DNA of 64,000 bases from Paraphysomonas bandaiensis. Its lineage: Eukaryota > Protista > Chrysophyceae. This document shows positions 24,789 to 37,500 of the stretch, piece after piece. Below the pieces are notes generated by a model. The model saw only the letters and a program-made list of their open reading frames with translations, was not told the origin of the DNA and did not search any database. The stretch covers positions 248,001 to 312,000 of the forward strand of contig CBFFRP010000238.1 in NCBI GenBank assembly GCA_965644295.1, read 5' to 3'. The translations under genes were made by a program, and so were the position numbers. Position 1 is the first letter of the stretch, and every line of letters starts with the position of its first letter.

Positions 24789-25274
24789 TATGATTGAAAG
24801 TCTTATTATTAGCAATAGGCGTTGAAAACCTGCACCAGCTTAGTAGCTAGATGAATGCTAGACAAACTAGTTAGACCTCTACCTGTAACTAATCAGTACA
24901 CACTGTTTTTATCCTACTATTTAACGCTACGGAAGCTGCTTGTGCGTCACCGCAAGCACCAAGGTGCGACCACTTCCGCTCTGAGTTCTGAAGGTGAACA
25001 TTCCGGATGCTTGACTTCAGCAGGCAGCCCAATACCCTAGTTATCCTTCAGGTGGGCCCATTCCCGGATGCCTGTTTATTCGTCAGGGCCCAAAGACGTC
25101 TACACAAGTGACACTTATTGGTGCCCCTTGTACCACACAAGCATTGGACTATGAGTGGGCAGAAGAATATCTGCTGACTATGTTTGCGGCTCACGTTAGT
25201 TTCACAGAGAGAATCTCTCCGGTACTTATCCTCCAGAACACCACGAAAAGGTGCGAGTCCGACTTTGTTGAGGG
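24789..25274 (-). mobile_element. Complete ~486-bp non-coding retroposon (SINE/SIDE-like) with ribozyme-like head
   Basis: Perfect 12-bp TSD AATTTAGGTATT (24777-24788 / 25275-25286). Homologous copies lie at 40972-41449, 51901-52310, 54409-54673 and 59442-60250, with fragments at 15200-15380 and 51330-51560. Confidence 0.85.
25187..25274 (-). ncRNA. HDV-like self-cleaving ribozyme (Pr77-hallmark-like), predicted
   Basis: Sense CCCUCAAC..GACUCGC ACC UUUUCGU GGU GUUCUGGAGG AUAAGUAC CGGAGAG AUU CUCUCUG UGAAACUAAC GUGAGCC. This gives P2, P3/L3, P4 and J4/2 (catalytic C in CUAAC) in HDV order. P1 is imperfect. Confidence 0.65.
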
Positions 25275-27115
25275 AATTTAGGTATTCAACCTAGTCGCTC
25301 TTATATCCATGGATACATATACTGTGACTGTTTAAGATACCCTCTCACACCTCACAATATGGTTGAGACATACAGAGCATCAAAACAAAATTTAAATATT
25401 CAAACATAAAAATTAATTCATAATAATATATAATATATATATCTTATATAATACACAGTGTACATGTATGACTATCCAGTGTATCTATTGTAGGTTATAA
25501 CTATGTATTGAACCCGCGAGACAATAAGCATAACATAACTCTCATCTAACAGGTCTATCACATTGCCATGATGCAAGTTTGACGCATTACCTCGGTTATT
25601 GGCCACACAGATACCGAATGATGTACTCGGCATCAATCACTCAAAGCAAACGCAGTGAGCAAGCAGCATGTTGATATACCTGACTGACATCTGCTGACCT
25701 CAGCAGGGGGTTGAAGGCGGTGTGATCGTGAAGCCTGGTAAAGTGAATTCACCAGTTTTCATATATAATGGAAAAGTGTCATATAAGTGTACTTATTTTT
25801 GAAGACTAGAGGTTTAATGTTATTACCATTTTGTTGTTGTATACTTTCAATTGTATATATTTCAAAAATATTTTACTAAAATATTGTAATATTATTATGA
25901 TATTGTTACTTTTCAAGTGATGAGTACATCTCTGTACTCCCTCGGAATATTCTACTCTGATTTATAGAGCCTTGAAGAAAGTTTAAGTTTCAGCGATGGA
26001 CTTATATTTATTTGTCCTTCCTGATTATTGCAAGATTTTGGAAGGGTGCATTGATGTAGATATCGCCCGCTTTGCAAAGGAGGAGTAGACCTTCAGTTCA
26101 CGTTTGAGAGGGTGGTCACTCCTGCCGAGTTGACTGAACAACCTCTTGACGTGAAGACATCATGTCGGGCATATGCCTCAGAGGAATACATCGAAATTGT
26201 CGAAGACATTGACCAGCAGTCTCTCTGTGGCCTCTTAGCTCAACTTTGTGAAGTGCAGAATTATAGTAACAAGTAAGCCCTTGAACTTCTTGAAGAAGCT
26301 ACCAAGCGCTGACTTTTCCCCAGCCCCTTTCATAGCTGAAACTTTCGAGTTCACTTCAGCTCTGTGCAAGAAAATGATAGAGCAATATATTCAGCGCATA
26401 AGCCGAAGGTGGCCGAGGAATGGAAAAGAGTGGCTGAAGATTTCTCCCATAAGAGGAATATTTATACCACTATAAGAGATGTCCTCTATTCAGTGGGACT
26501 GGAGTGTTCGATTTTGGAGAGGAATGAAGACATAGAGGAGTTCGCGGAGGGCCATATGGATTCCATGCAGACTGATTTAGGAGGGTCAAGGCTACGGCTT
26601 GTGTTCTACACAACGAAAACAAATCTTCCGGCGGAAGGAAGGTACTCCACGAGTTGTCGTTCTGAAGTGTGATGGTTCTACACCCACAGACAATATCCGC
26701 GGTGGAGTAATATCCAGGAACCCACTATAAGGAGTGGGTAGACGCAGGTGCAGTTGATTCTGCTTCTATTATATATATATTACTGATAAACATACCAGAA
26801 GTTCAGTTTATTATTGCTTGTAAGTACTATATAGTACTATAGTATGCATGTATTATATATAATATAAAAATGTATGTAACCGTTACATTAACCGTATGTA
26901 ACTAATATAACATTGATTAAATAATGTCTCTGAAAACATGTTCTCTTCACACATACTTCATTACTTATTGCAAAACACGACTTAAATCAACATTTTTAAA
27001 ATTTCACCAGCATGTGGTTTTTGGAGGTGAGGATCATCTTGTTGCACACCCGCTGTCTAAATAAATAACATCTGACATATGCTCTGTGCTAGATTTACCT
27101 CTTCTTTCACGCATA

Positions 27116-28800
27116 TCATCGATTCATATCCCACCTCATCTTCTGAATCATGTACAGACACTCGCGGTTTCTTCTTATTCTTGTAGGGTGCCGTTTCCCT
27201 TCTAGGGTCTTGTCCCCGTTTAGAACTGACCACTGCAGCGTTTTAGCAGTCTTCAAGTGGAAGCAGTCTTTAGTCTGATGGCCTGGGATATCACATATCT
27301 CACACACAGGTAGCTTAGTTTTGTTATCACCACTGCTTCTGTGATCTCTATCTTTTCTCTGAGATCTTGTCCCCTTCATCCTCTTTATGACATGTTCTGG
27401 AGTCTTCTTCACTCCCTAGCAAAAAGTGGCCAAGTTTCTTGCACTTATTGCATCTGCCCTTTCTCTTGTGCTCTTTCCATTTACTGTCATCCACTGCTTG
27501 ATTGACATTGTTTTCCCCTGAATTTTGCAACGCATGCTTGCCGAATGATGTGTTTTCATACCCTTTGATTAGGCTGCTTGCTCTTGCGTATGTCACATCG
27601 TTTGCTGTATACAGGCTGTGTGCTAGTTGGGAATATCTCTTGTCTGTGAGACCTTCCTTTAGTCTAGTGAGCTTGTCGTCTTCCGTGACTTCACGACCTA
27701 GATTCTCGAGAATCTTGGCCTGGGCTTCAACGCTGTCGACGAACTCTGCTCCTGACTGACTTGTTGAGGTAATCTTCATTGAATTGAACTTTGTGACCTC
27801 TGCCTGTACTGTATTCTTTTCAACATTGAGGAATCTCTCTTCCAGTGCCTGTACTAACCCTTTTGCTGTACTTCCTTCGTAGAGAGCCGCTGTTGTGCCT
27901 GCTTTTGGGTGAGCATTGCACACTTCCATCAGGAAGGAGTACGCGGTCTCGTTCCGGGTGTTCCAGAGTTTCTTCGCTTCGCGTAGTCGCTTCTTCTGTT
28001 GTGCATCAGTCATATGAGCACCCGCTGAGACTTTAGAGTCTAGATCATGAATGTGCCTTGGTTTATCCTTTGAGAGGACAAGATGAGCTCGATTGTGTCT
28101 CATGAGGAATGAGGTGAAGAACTTCTTGAATTTCTTGAAGTTCAGTTCCTCGAAGGGAGGTACCTTTGAGCCTGAGGCGACATTCGTGAAATTTCCATCC
28201 GCTACCATATTAATTTAAGCTTTTAGTTAGTGCAATATTGACTGATTGATATTATAGGAGATATAGTAAGTTTATGATGTTGTAGCACTGTGAGTCAGGA
28301 ACCACGTCATTCACCAACATCAACATTCTGTTCTGCAAATCATATCTTTAACAGCTACTATATTTTCAGTTTCTTTGTATACTTGTAATAGCTACTCCTA
28401 TACTGTAGTCATGTATATTCTGTATTTCATTGCTACATAGAATACAGGATAACTACTAGCGATTGGCTTTACCAAACTTCAAGTACGCACGTAGTAGGAG
28501 TTGGTTGTAGTTCAATATTGACTGTTAGAATTGGACATTTCACTGAAGTTAACTTTGCTCTACACGTGATTATTATTATTATTAACAATTCACTACGTAT
28601 ATATTCATGTAACATCTGGTGAAACACATGTTTATCATATGTTCACCAGTCACTCCTATGTCTTATATAGTCACACATCAGTAACTGAATTTAATTCCTT
28701 TGTAACCATAACCACCCGCTACACCTACGAGTTGACTTCACCCATTGCACACTATTAACTCAATTTAATTGCACAATATATTATATCGCAGAACTCAACA
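27116..28800 (-). mobile_element. Truncated Ty1/copia element: gag (UBN2-like + zinc knuckles) with probable 5' LTR
   Basis: ORF 27348-28208 has EVTEDDKLTRLKEGL..RY and CNKCKKLGH. ORF 27116-27412 has CEICDIPGHQTKDC. TGTTGA on the - strand at 28800 may be the LTR start. Confidence 0.7.
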
Positions 28801-28916
28801 TTGACATAAGATAGATTATGTTAAATTTAGGGCTGTTTGGTTTTATCCATTCATACAACTACAACAATGTAAATTCCACTCATATTACACGATGAAGTAT
28901 TTACGTCACATCACTC

Positions 28917-30796
28917 TCATCGACGCATAGATATGGCTGACGTTGCATGGATCTGCGCCGCGTCTTGCACAAGAGGCCGAACACTTCTCACCGGAGGAGC
29001 ATGGTTTAGGTTAGCCCTGCAATACACATTACATATGAACAATTTCACCAACCATGTATGCATTTTACCTCCCATTTACCACAAAGAGAGGATTATCCCC
29101 ACTGAGAATGTCATCAGAAACTCGAGTTCCGTTAATAAATTGCGTAATAAGATCTTGAAGCTGGGCGTTTTCAGCAGACAGCCGATTTTTTTCTTTTTCA
29201 ATAGCCATGCAGTCCATCAACGCTTTGTTGTATTTCCGGTGGAAATTAAACATTCGGTCTTCAGGAGCCACGAAGGTCCCACCCCCATCACCACCATGAG
29301 TCCATACAGATGTTTCAGATGGCGGTGGCGGCTTGGCAACAGTCTGGTTTGTTGTTCCCGGGGCAGGGACTTCATCTTGATGTGACTCTTGTAAATCGGG
29401 AGACATAAATGGGAGAACCTGTTCTTGCTCAGTCTCCATTTTACGTGCTAGTTCAGCTAGATGCAACACTCGTCTGACATCGTAAATTACAGAGTTTTTA
29501 TATATTAAAATTTTACTTACCTGGCAAGCTCCAACTTATCATTTAGTGCCTCTTTACAAGAATTCGCACTCTGTGAAAGGGTCAAGAGACGCTGATTCTG
29601 AGTACCCCTGATACATATCTTTCACTGAGTTACAGAGAAAACGCCGCAAAACCCACACCTGTAAGCTTGTATCCGCTGTTTGAGCTGTTGATAGTGCTTT
29701 TGAATTGAGTGCTTCTCCTCGAGCAAGAGACGATTCCTTTCTTCCGTCTCCCGATTCAATTGCCGAATTTTAGCTCTCCATTGTTGGATGCTAGTCTACA
29801 ATGTTTAGAATCAGAACTCTAACACAAACACAAACGATGACAAACAACCTGCAGATTATCGATTTTTTTTTTCTTTAACTCAATTTCTCGACTGAGACGT
29901 TGATCATTTTGGGTGAGTTCTTTAAAATCGTGGGTCCGTTGCGCTGTCTGCTGCAAATAATTCAAATGTGCTGTCTCGAAATGTTGCTCCAACTCTTCAA
30001 TCTGTGCATCTAGAGATATCCGCAGCATATTGATTTCTTCAAGATTTCGGTTTCGAATTTCCTCTCGCAGTTGCTCGAAAGAATGTTTCGCCTGTATATA
30101 GAACGGCATGTAACAGTTACGGTTTAGATCAATAGTTTCACTTACCTCAGCTTCCCTCTCATTCTCGTCATGTTCAATGGTTTCTATTACAGCCACTAAC
30201 TCTTTCTTTTCTTGACGAAATTTCTGCAACATGTTCTCCTTCTCGGTATGAAAATCATTCTGCATCGTCTTTAATTCCTGTTGAAAATTCTTCTCCAATG
30301 AATACAATCGACTGTCATGTAGTTGAATTAAAACGTCAATATTTTGAAGATGGGTTCGCAAAGCCATTTGAAATTGGTCTTCCGCTTCTTCGAGGTCCCT
30401 ATGCACATGAACATAAGAGAATCATGCATGTAAAGAGCCATTACCTATCAAGCATCTGCAAAATTGCATCCTTTCGATCAACATCACGCTCGTGATTTTG
30501 AGATAATATTTCCACATCTTTCTTCAAGGATTCCGCTTTCGCCAATCGCATTATTTTCCTCCATTGGTTCTGAATTTTCAAGTTGTTCACTTTCGAATTC
30601 TTAGCCTCTGTTTCCATTTGCTGCCGCAAGTGTGCCTTAGCAGCCAATTGTTGTTGTCTTCTATGCTCAGAGGCCTTTTCATCAGTTTCTTTCGTAGGCT
30701 TTTCACCCTTTTTGCCGGCCTGGAAAAACAATAGTAAACAATCACGACATGTGGAGATAAAAGGTGAAGAAAACATACTGGCTTGCCCTTCTTCAT
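28917..30796 (-). CDS. CCDC65: Dynein regulatory complex subunit 2 (CCDC65), multi-exon
   Basis: [68 protein letters not shown] and FHRKYNKAL...NPLFVVN. Spliced stop at 28917. Confidence 0.9.
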
Positions 30797-31325
30797 CCCA
30801 CTATGTGAGAAAGGATAGTCGTTAAAATGTTAGAGCGGGTTAATATTATCTCCGATTACTTGTGTTAATATGGCAGACAGGCAAAACGTGAATTGAACAG
30901 ATTGTTGTCAGTTATAATATCAGCACATAGCAATCATCACACAACTACGAAGACCTTTATATGAAGAAGGTCTCCGTTCTGTTTGCCCCTATAATATACA
31001 CACACTATCCGTATATCCCCGTCCCGGGTGTCCTGCTTCGTAGGAACAGAGGGAGATTGAATGAATTGGTATACGGTATACCTGGTATACGGGCTGTACT
31101 ATTCATGCTGGAGAGCTATTTCGCTCATAGTTTGTAACAGACCGACAAGTATAGAAGCATGAGTTCACACATCATACACCTGAACGCAAAGTATCTTACC
31201 CATGAATTTGTAGTCATAACATTGGTTTCATTACTAGTTGCTGAGGTGATTTTGGGTTCTTAGTTCGCCGCTTCGTTTGTCGTTTAGACAACTGATCCTA
31301 TAAATACTAATCTCGCACAACGATT

Positions 31326-33879
31326 ATGGCGACTGTAACTGATGCTAGTGTTGCTGATCGAACTGATCGCACAGTGGGTTCTGTGGGAATGGAAGGCAAT
31401 GAAGAGACAGGAAAGAAGACCGACAAGAGAAAGAAAAAGAAAGAAAAGGCGTATGTGCCACCCACGGAAGATTATGCCGACGATGGAGAACTTTATGCTG
31501 AAAAATATGATGATATATCCAGGTTAAAGTATTGGGAATTTTTAATCGATCACCCACGTAGAAAGAAGCTACCGAAGGGTTTCGTTGGCTGGACGAGCCA
31601 AAGTCAGAAAAACAACTTTGGAGCAGAAATATTGCATTATTCTAGTTGCTCACGTGCTCTTTTGGCAATTGGAGCGACCCCATACTGGGACTACGCTTAT
31701 ATATATCTTTTGGGGTTGTGGATAGTTCTAGTGGTTGTATATTTTGATGAGCTCTGTCGATTATATATTCTGTTACCGAAAACTATTCTACTACTCCCCC
31801 CTGTGTTAATGTTCTTGGTCCAGTTAATTCCAACGTTATTATGTATGTACATCATTACCCAATGCAATGATTTAGCAAAACTTGTGGCACGAGAAACCTT
31901 TTCGTTTTGGGTACTACTTATTCGTTACATTTGTCTTTCTAACGTTCCGATGCCAGGCGTTTAATGCTGTAATGATATGCCAGTATTTGGAATACACATA
32001 CTATGGCGGACATGGTCGTAGTCACAAGGCGGGAAAATGTAGGTTAGAGTGGGAAGAAGATTGGGAAAATATTGACAGCAGTGGAAATCCAAAACTACGC
32101 TTGAAAAGGCGTGGAATTATGGCGAAATTACTGGGGCCAGCGAAAGTAGTTCCCAGCAGACCAACAACTGCAGAGCAGCAGGATATTGTTGATACTCAAG
32201 AATCAGAAGAAAAAGACATAGAAGAAGGTACGCTACTATTGTGCGCTGAGACATTCATCAGTCAGTGATGTTTCAGGAAGCATAAAACCTGATGGCGACT
32301 CCGTTGATGGTGATAGCGTACTGAGTTTAGGTATGGTATTACTTTTTCAGAATTCTTCTTATATGAGTTTTGCAGGCATGGAAGGGGGTTACTTGAAGAG
32401 AATGCGGGAGGAAGCATTGGCCGCAGAGCAAGCTGCTAAACAAGCGGCACTGGAAGAGAAGGCTAGAAAAGAGGCATTGATTGTGAATTGGTTGGAATGG
32501 AGATGTTGTGTGTGCGGGAAACAAAATAGGCGTCCGCGGCACCCAGAGGTCGATTTTGGAATAGCGTTTTCAGAGAAAGGCTTGTACTACAAGAGAACGA
32601 TAGCAAAGCTTGTAAAAGAACGGGATATGCCACGTTGTGAGTACTGCACAGCACATGCAGATTACAAGCCGAGGTTATGTACTGCACACTTGTTTCCACA
32701 TTACCCTAAGCCGCATGAAGCTTTTGAAAACTACCCCGAAGCGGTCCCGCATATTCCCCGCTCAATGATTTCCACTTGCTTTGATAAGGCAATATCATGC
32801 CTTTTTGGGCAGCGTAATCACCCAGATTCTCGGCTTATGGCCAACGACTGGAGAATGTCAATTTATCTGTCTTCAAGGTTTCCACTAGTACCAAGGCCGA
32901 TCAAACTGCCACATGAAATATTTGAGTTAGGAGAGATTGTTGAATGTAGGCGCCAAAAGTCTGATTGGAGTAGAGCGAGAATTATCGAAAGCAGAGCAAC
33001 ACATATATATGACATTAAGTAAGCGTTTAACGCAAAGTTATTTCTGTTACGAACCTAAGTTTAGTCTCATTGTGTTGCAGGTACGACACGGGTGATGATG
33101 TCAGAATGGTGGAGGAAAATGAATTAAGGTTGCCCCCAGGAAAAGGTCAGTACGCGTATCGAGCGGAACTTTGTCTAGCGTTGCTGGTTTTATTTTTTCC
33201 GTTGGGGTTATTCGGGGCCGCTGGTACCGCCATGCCGGGGGTAGTCATGTTACCCTTGCTATTTATTGCTGGAGTTTTACTGCTGTTTCGCATTGTTGAA
33301 TTCAACGACGCATTCACGGAGTATTACTCGGCTGGTTTCTGCATCATATTTCAGCAGCACTCGTTTGTAATTATGCCTCTCGTCATGGCGATAGTTTCCT
33401 CGTTGCTGGCTCTTGGTCAGAGCTATATAGGAATGCCTTGGACCGCCATTGCAGTTTGTATGATCGTCACGAAGTTTATTTCTCTCCCGATCATGTACGT
33501 CCGCCGACCGACATTTGCGGTAATGTGTTTCGTGCTTTTTTGTCAAACCTCTATTTGTTTCCTTCTAGTTGCTATTCGTTTGGACGGCAACGGTAAGAGT
33601 TTCATCCCATGGGTAATGATTGATGGGTTCCCAGCATTGACTTCTGTATATACCTTACTGAGGTATAGAAGGTGGTTGGGATATGTTTGGGATGTGTCTC
33701 TTAAAATAAGGCCCCTAGAGTACGACTACTACGAGAATTCTTATATCCGACAAGCATTCGACTACATCGTCGGCCTGATTAGAAATAGCGAAAGTGGTGT
33801 AGTTCCAGGAGAAGTAGCTGAAGAAATAGCTAGTCCAGTTGCTGATGAAACTAATACAACAGATTTGCAGATAGCGTAG
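31326..33879 (+). CDS. Uncharacterised multi-pass membrane protein with Cys zinc-finger-like and Tudor/Agenet-like segments (multi-exon)
   Basis: Consecutive ORFs joined by short GT-AG introns. WRCCVCGKQN...PRCEYC motif. FELGEIVECR...WSRARII...YDIKYDTGD (Tudor-like). Hydrophobic blocks at both ends. Confidence 0.7.
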
Positions 33880-34170
33880 TGGTCGACTAGATATGTATGA
33901 TTTGTATACAATATCGTGGAAAATATTGAAGCAGAGTTTTGTCTGTGACTATAATGTGTTCTACCTCTGTATCGTGTAATCTATTTGTGTAGCATAAGTA
34001 ATTAGGGTTAGGATAATAATATCTAACCATGAAATTTTTGTAGCGAGCGATGTATTGAGTACCTTATATGGTGTTGGGATGTTGAGTTTTACGTATCAGT
34101 AAGCAATTACATGCTGTATTCTGTATTTAAGGTATTCAACTTATAACCCTTAGCTTAAGAATACAGTAGT

Positions 34171-34490
34171 TGTTGGAATACGTATGGTTCTCTAAGATAG
34201 TACTGTAGAATACGTTAAATACAATGTGAAAAACAGTAATACGTAGTCAATAGTTAAAGGTGCTATATAGCTATAACTGTGAAACTGAAGTATTATATCA
34301 TGACGATTTAAGATACGGAAGTTGAGCAGTGGTTGACATGAACGAAATAATTTATCATGTTGTTGACATGTGTTACATGACAACACACACAATTGTGTAT
34401 ACAATCATAATAAAGTAATCTATCTAGTTTGACTAACTTAAACTTCTCTTACAACGATCTTAATCATCTGAAAATGGTCTTTTGTCAATA
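34171..34490 (+). repeat. 5' LTR
   Basis: TGTTGGAATA...GTCAATA. I see one substitution (TAGTTAAAGG vs TAGTCAAAGG) relative to the 3' LTR. Confidence 0.95.
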
Positions 34491-34500
34491 TGGTAGCGAA
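34491..34500 (+). promoter_or_regulatory. Primer binding site TGGTAGCG (tRNA 3'-end complementary, probably iMet)
   Basis: Lies immediately after the 5' LTR. TGGTAGCG matches the start of the Ty1-type tRNA-iMet PBS. Confidence 0.7.
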
Positions 34501-37500
34501 TGCGGAGGAGAGAAGGAGGATAGAGCTGATGTTCCATGGTTCGACGAGAGCAACGTTGAACAATGGATCGAAGACTTTGAGACGTTCCTTATGAGAAAGG
34601 AGCAGAGTGAGGTGGCTCTAGAAAGGCCACCAGAGGAAGAGGATTTCGGAATTCAACCCCTGAATAGTCTTGAGACTAAGTCCTACAAAGAAGCGGTGGA
34701 CAAGTATTGGAAGGCGAATGCAATTGCCTACTCATACTGCAGAGAGGCGGTGAAGCGATCTCCGAAGGCGCTGCAGAAGTTTCATCTGAAGCACAAGGAG
34801 TTCAAGGCAGCTGAAGGAAGAGTTAATAAGTTCAGCGCCAGAGAGATGGTTAGCACTCTTAAATCGTGTTTTGAAGGGGGAACACAAAACAAGATTAGTG
34901 CTCTGCTTGCTCAGTTTGGATCATTCGAGATGAAGCCAGGGGAGACCGCGAAAGAGTATGTACTGCGTTTTGAGCTGCTTCTTCGTGAACTTTTCAGGCG
35001 CATAACCAAACGGTAACGGAAGAATCAAAAATTAGTAGGCTGAAGGAGGGAATTATCAGTGATGAATATGACGGTTTGAATTATGCCCTGTATTTAATGC
35101 CCGATGATGTACCATATGAATTGCTATCCAAACGTATCGAACAGTTCGACGACACCAAGTATGGGAGGAAAATCATAGAGAAGAAGCGCAAGAGCACGGA
35201 GGAGCTGAATCATATTGAAAAGCCTCGAAAGAAAGAGAGAGTATCTACAAAGAGGAAGTGCACTTATTGCTCGAAGAAAGGTATAATACACAATCATAAT
35301 ACAGAACAATGTAGGAAGAAAAAGGGGGAAACGAAGGGACAAAGACCGGGCAGTAAGGAATATACAGGATGCAGAGTATGCAAATCCAAAAACCATCGCG
35401 CGAACGAATGTCCCCGAAATTCGACTGGAAAGACCAAGAATCCCCAGAAATCTGGGAAGGTTTTCACATTCGAGAATATCCGCAGAGGAGGAACCGAGTC
35501 TGACTCGGAGTCCGAGGCGAATATGCTTTATGACTGCGCTATTGATATATATGATAAAAGTGACACATGTTGTATGATTGGTACTGCTGAACACTATACA
35601 TACATAGATACATGCTGTTCATCATCAATGTTCTTAATGAATGATGTGACCATGCTTGACACTCATATGAATACATCAAAGGTGATAAACGGATCTAAGA
35701 AGGGATCAGAGATTCATATCACAAGTGTGGGTTCCCGTGGAGCATGGAGAGACATAGAAATTTCAGATCAGATCAATCGATGCCTGTGCTCCGGACGTAA
35801 GCTGAACGAAATGGGCTATCGATTCACGGTGTGGTATGGGATCCAAATTTATGACTGTAATACCGGTGAGCTGGTACTGGAGGGACCCATGAAGAATGGA
35901 ATGACTGCAGTTCCAACTCAGCAGCTGTTGGAGCTTCCAGATGTGTCTACACCGAGTAATTGTGAAGTAAATCTTAGCGATAGGACTGGTGAGGACGAGC
36001 TGGAACTGCTGCATAGGAGAATGGGCCATTTCAACAAAGGGGCTCTAACGGAGGCACATAGAAGGATGTTGTTCACTGGCTCAAATCTGCAGAGGAAGCA
36101 CCTATCGAAGACTGCATTAAAAAAATCTTGTCTCTGTAGCATATGTGCCAGATCAAAGATTACGAGAGTTTCGTTTCACACAACGGAGGATACGGATGTC
36201 AAGCCGGACATATCGGCTGATGTGCAAGTATTTCTGAATACTCCCGCTCGAGGTGATGAGCGCTACGTGATCAAACTAACTCATCACCCGAGTAGGATGT
36301 TCTGGGTAAAAGGCGTAAACCAGCGTACTAAAGAAGAAGTGATTCAGTTTTTTAGAGAGGTGTTCGAAGGAGAGATTAGGCAATATAAGCTGAGAGTGAA
36401 CCACTACCACGCTGATGGAGCTGGAGAACTCATAAATCAAGAACTTAGGAGCTATTTGAGATCACAAGGCTGCTACAAACATACTTGGTTTTCAACAGAT
36501 AGTCCGGAAATGAATGCAGTAGAGGAGCGAAAATTCAGGACTGCATCAGAGATGGCGTTGGCGATGTTGTTGCAGTCAGGCCTACCGGTTCCATTCTGGT
36601 TAGACGCGTATCATGCTGCTCGCTATACACTGATCAGACTCCCTACAAGGACGGACAGAGGATACATGTCCCCATATGAGTATGTCACGGTCAGCCACCC
36701 AGTTTGAAATATTTTAGAGTATGGGGGTGCAAAACTTATATATTGACACCTAAGGCGGACAGGCGAAAGGACTGGGACGATAAATCAAAGATTGGATACC
36801 TAGTGGGATATTCGGAAGATAAAGTTGGATACCAGGTGTATCTCCCAGCAACCGATAAGGTAATTACGTGTGTACACATACTCACAGATGAGAGTATACC
36901 TTCCCGCACCGAAGAATATTACGCAGAAATCGACGCTCTCCGAGTACGAACAGCACCTAGACCAAAGACGGTGAATGATTATCAGCATCTCGTGAAGACT
37001 TTTCACATAGACGATGAAGACGGGCTGTTGTACAAGACCACCAGAGTGGTAGAAAGAAAGGGTGTCATTGTTGGTTATCGGTCACTTGTAACTGCGGGGA
37101 GAACCCACATTGAGCAGAAGGTACCCATACATATAGAAGATGTTCAGGTAATGACAAGGAATACGCCTGGATACACGGGATATACGGGAACGAGGGACGC
37201 TTCTAGTACCACTGATGGACGGAGTACGTCCACTATCCCAGCACCTGAGAGCCATCAGGAGCAGCTAGTTAACCATGGTATTATTCAGGGAGCACCTGAT
37301 GAAGATATGACTCAAGGAGTACTTGATGAAGATGCAGCTCAGGGAGAACCTGATCGAGCAGTAAAACAGGGAGTACCTGAATATACTGATACTATAAATT
37401 CTAACAGTACTAATACCCTACAGAGAGTATCTAAAAGGGATGCAGAGAAACGTAAGCGTTTACGGAGGAGGCTAGCTAATGCTTCAGTGTTAGGAGAAAT

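Noticed and set aside
25075-25095. CTGACGA (hammerhead core) on the - strand of the retroposon
   Set aside because: No correctly placed GAAA or stems, and other copies read TTGACGA or CTGACAA.
24985-25180. Retroposon middle region as SRP RNA, group I intron or tRNA derivative
   Set aside because: Only superficial motif similarity; no P7 pairing, SRP helix 8 or A/B boxes found by eye.
25980-26760. Coding-like degenerate stretch
   Set aside because: It looks like a decayed TE ORF, but I can name no motif.
34192-34404. Duplicated 70-aa ORF (also 39369-39581)
   Set aside because: Antisense ORF inside the LTRs; the LTR duplication explains it.
34985-35000. Ty1-type programmed +1 frameshift (CTT AGG C)
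   Set aside because: The sequence is CTT TTC AGG C, the required shift is -1 and the site lies mid-gag; a homopolymer indel is more likely.
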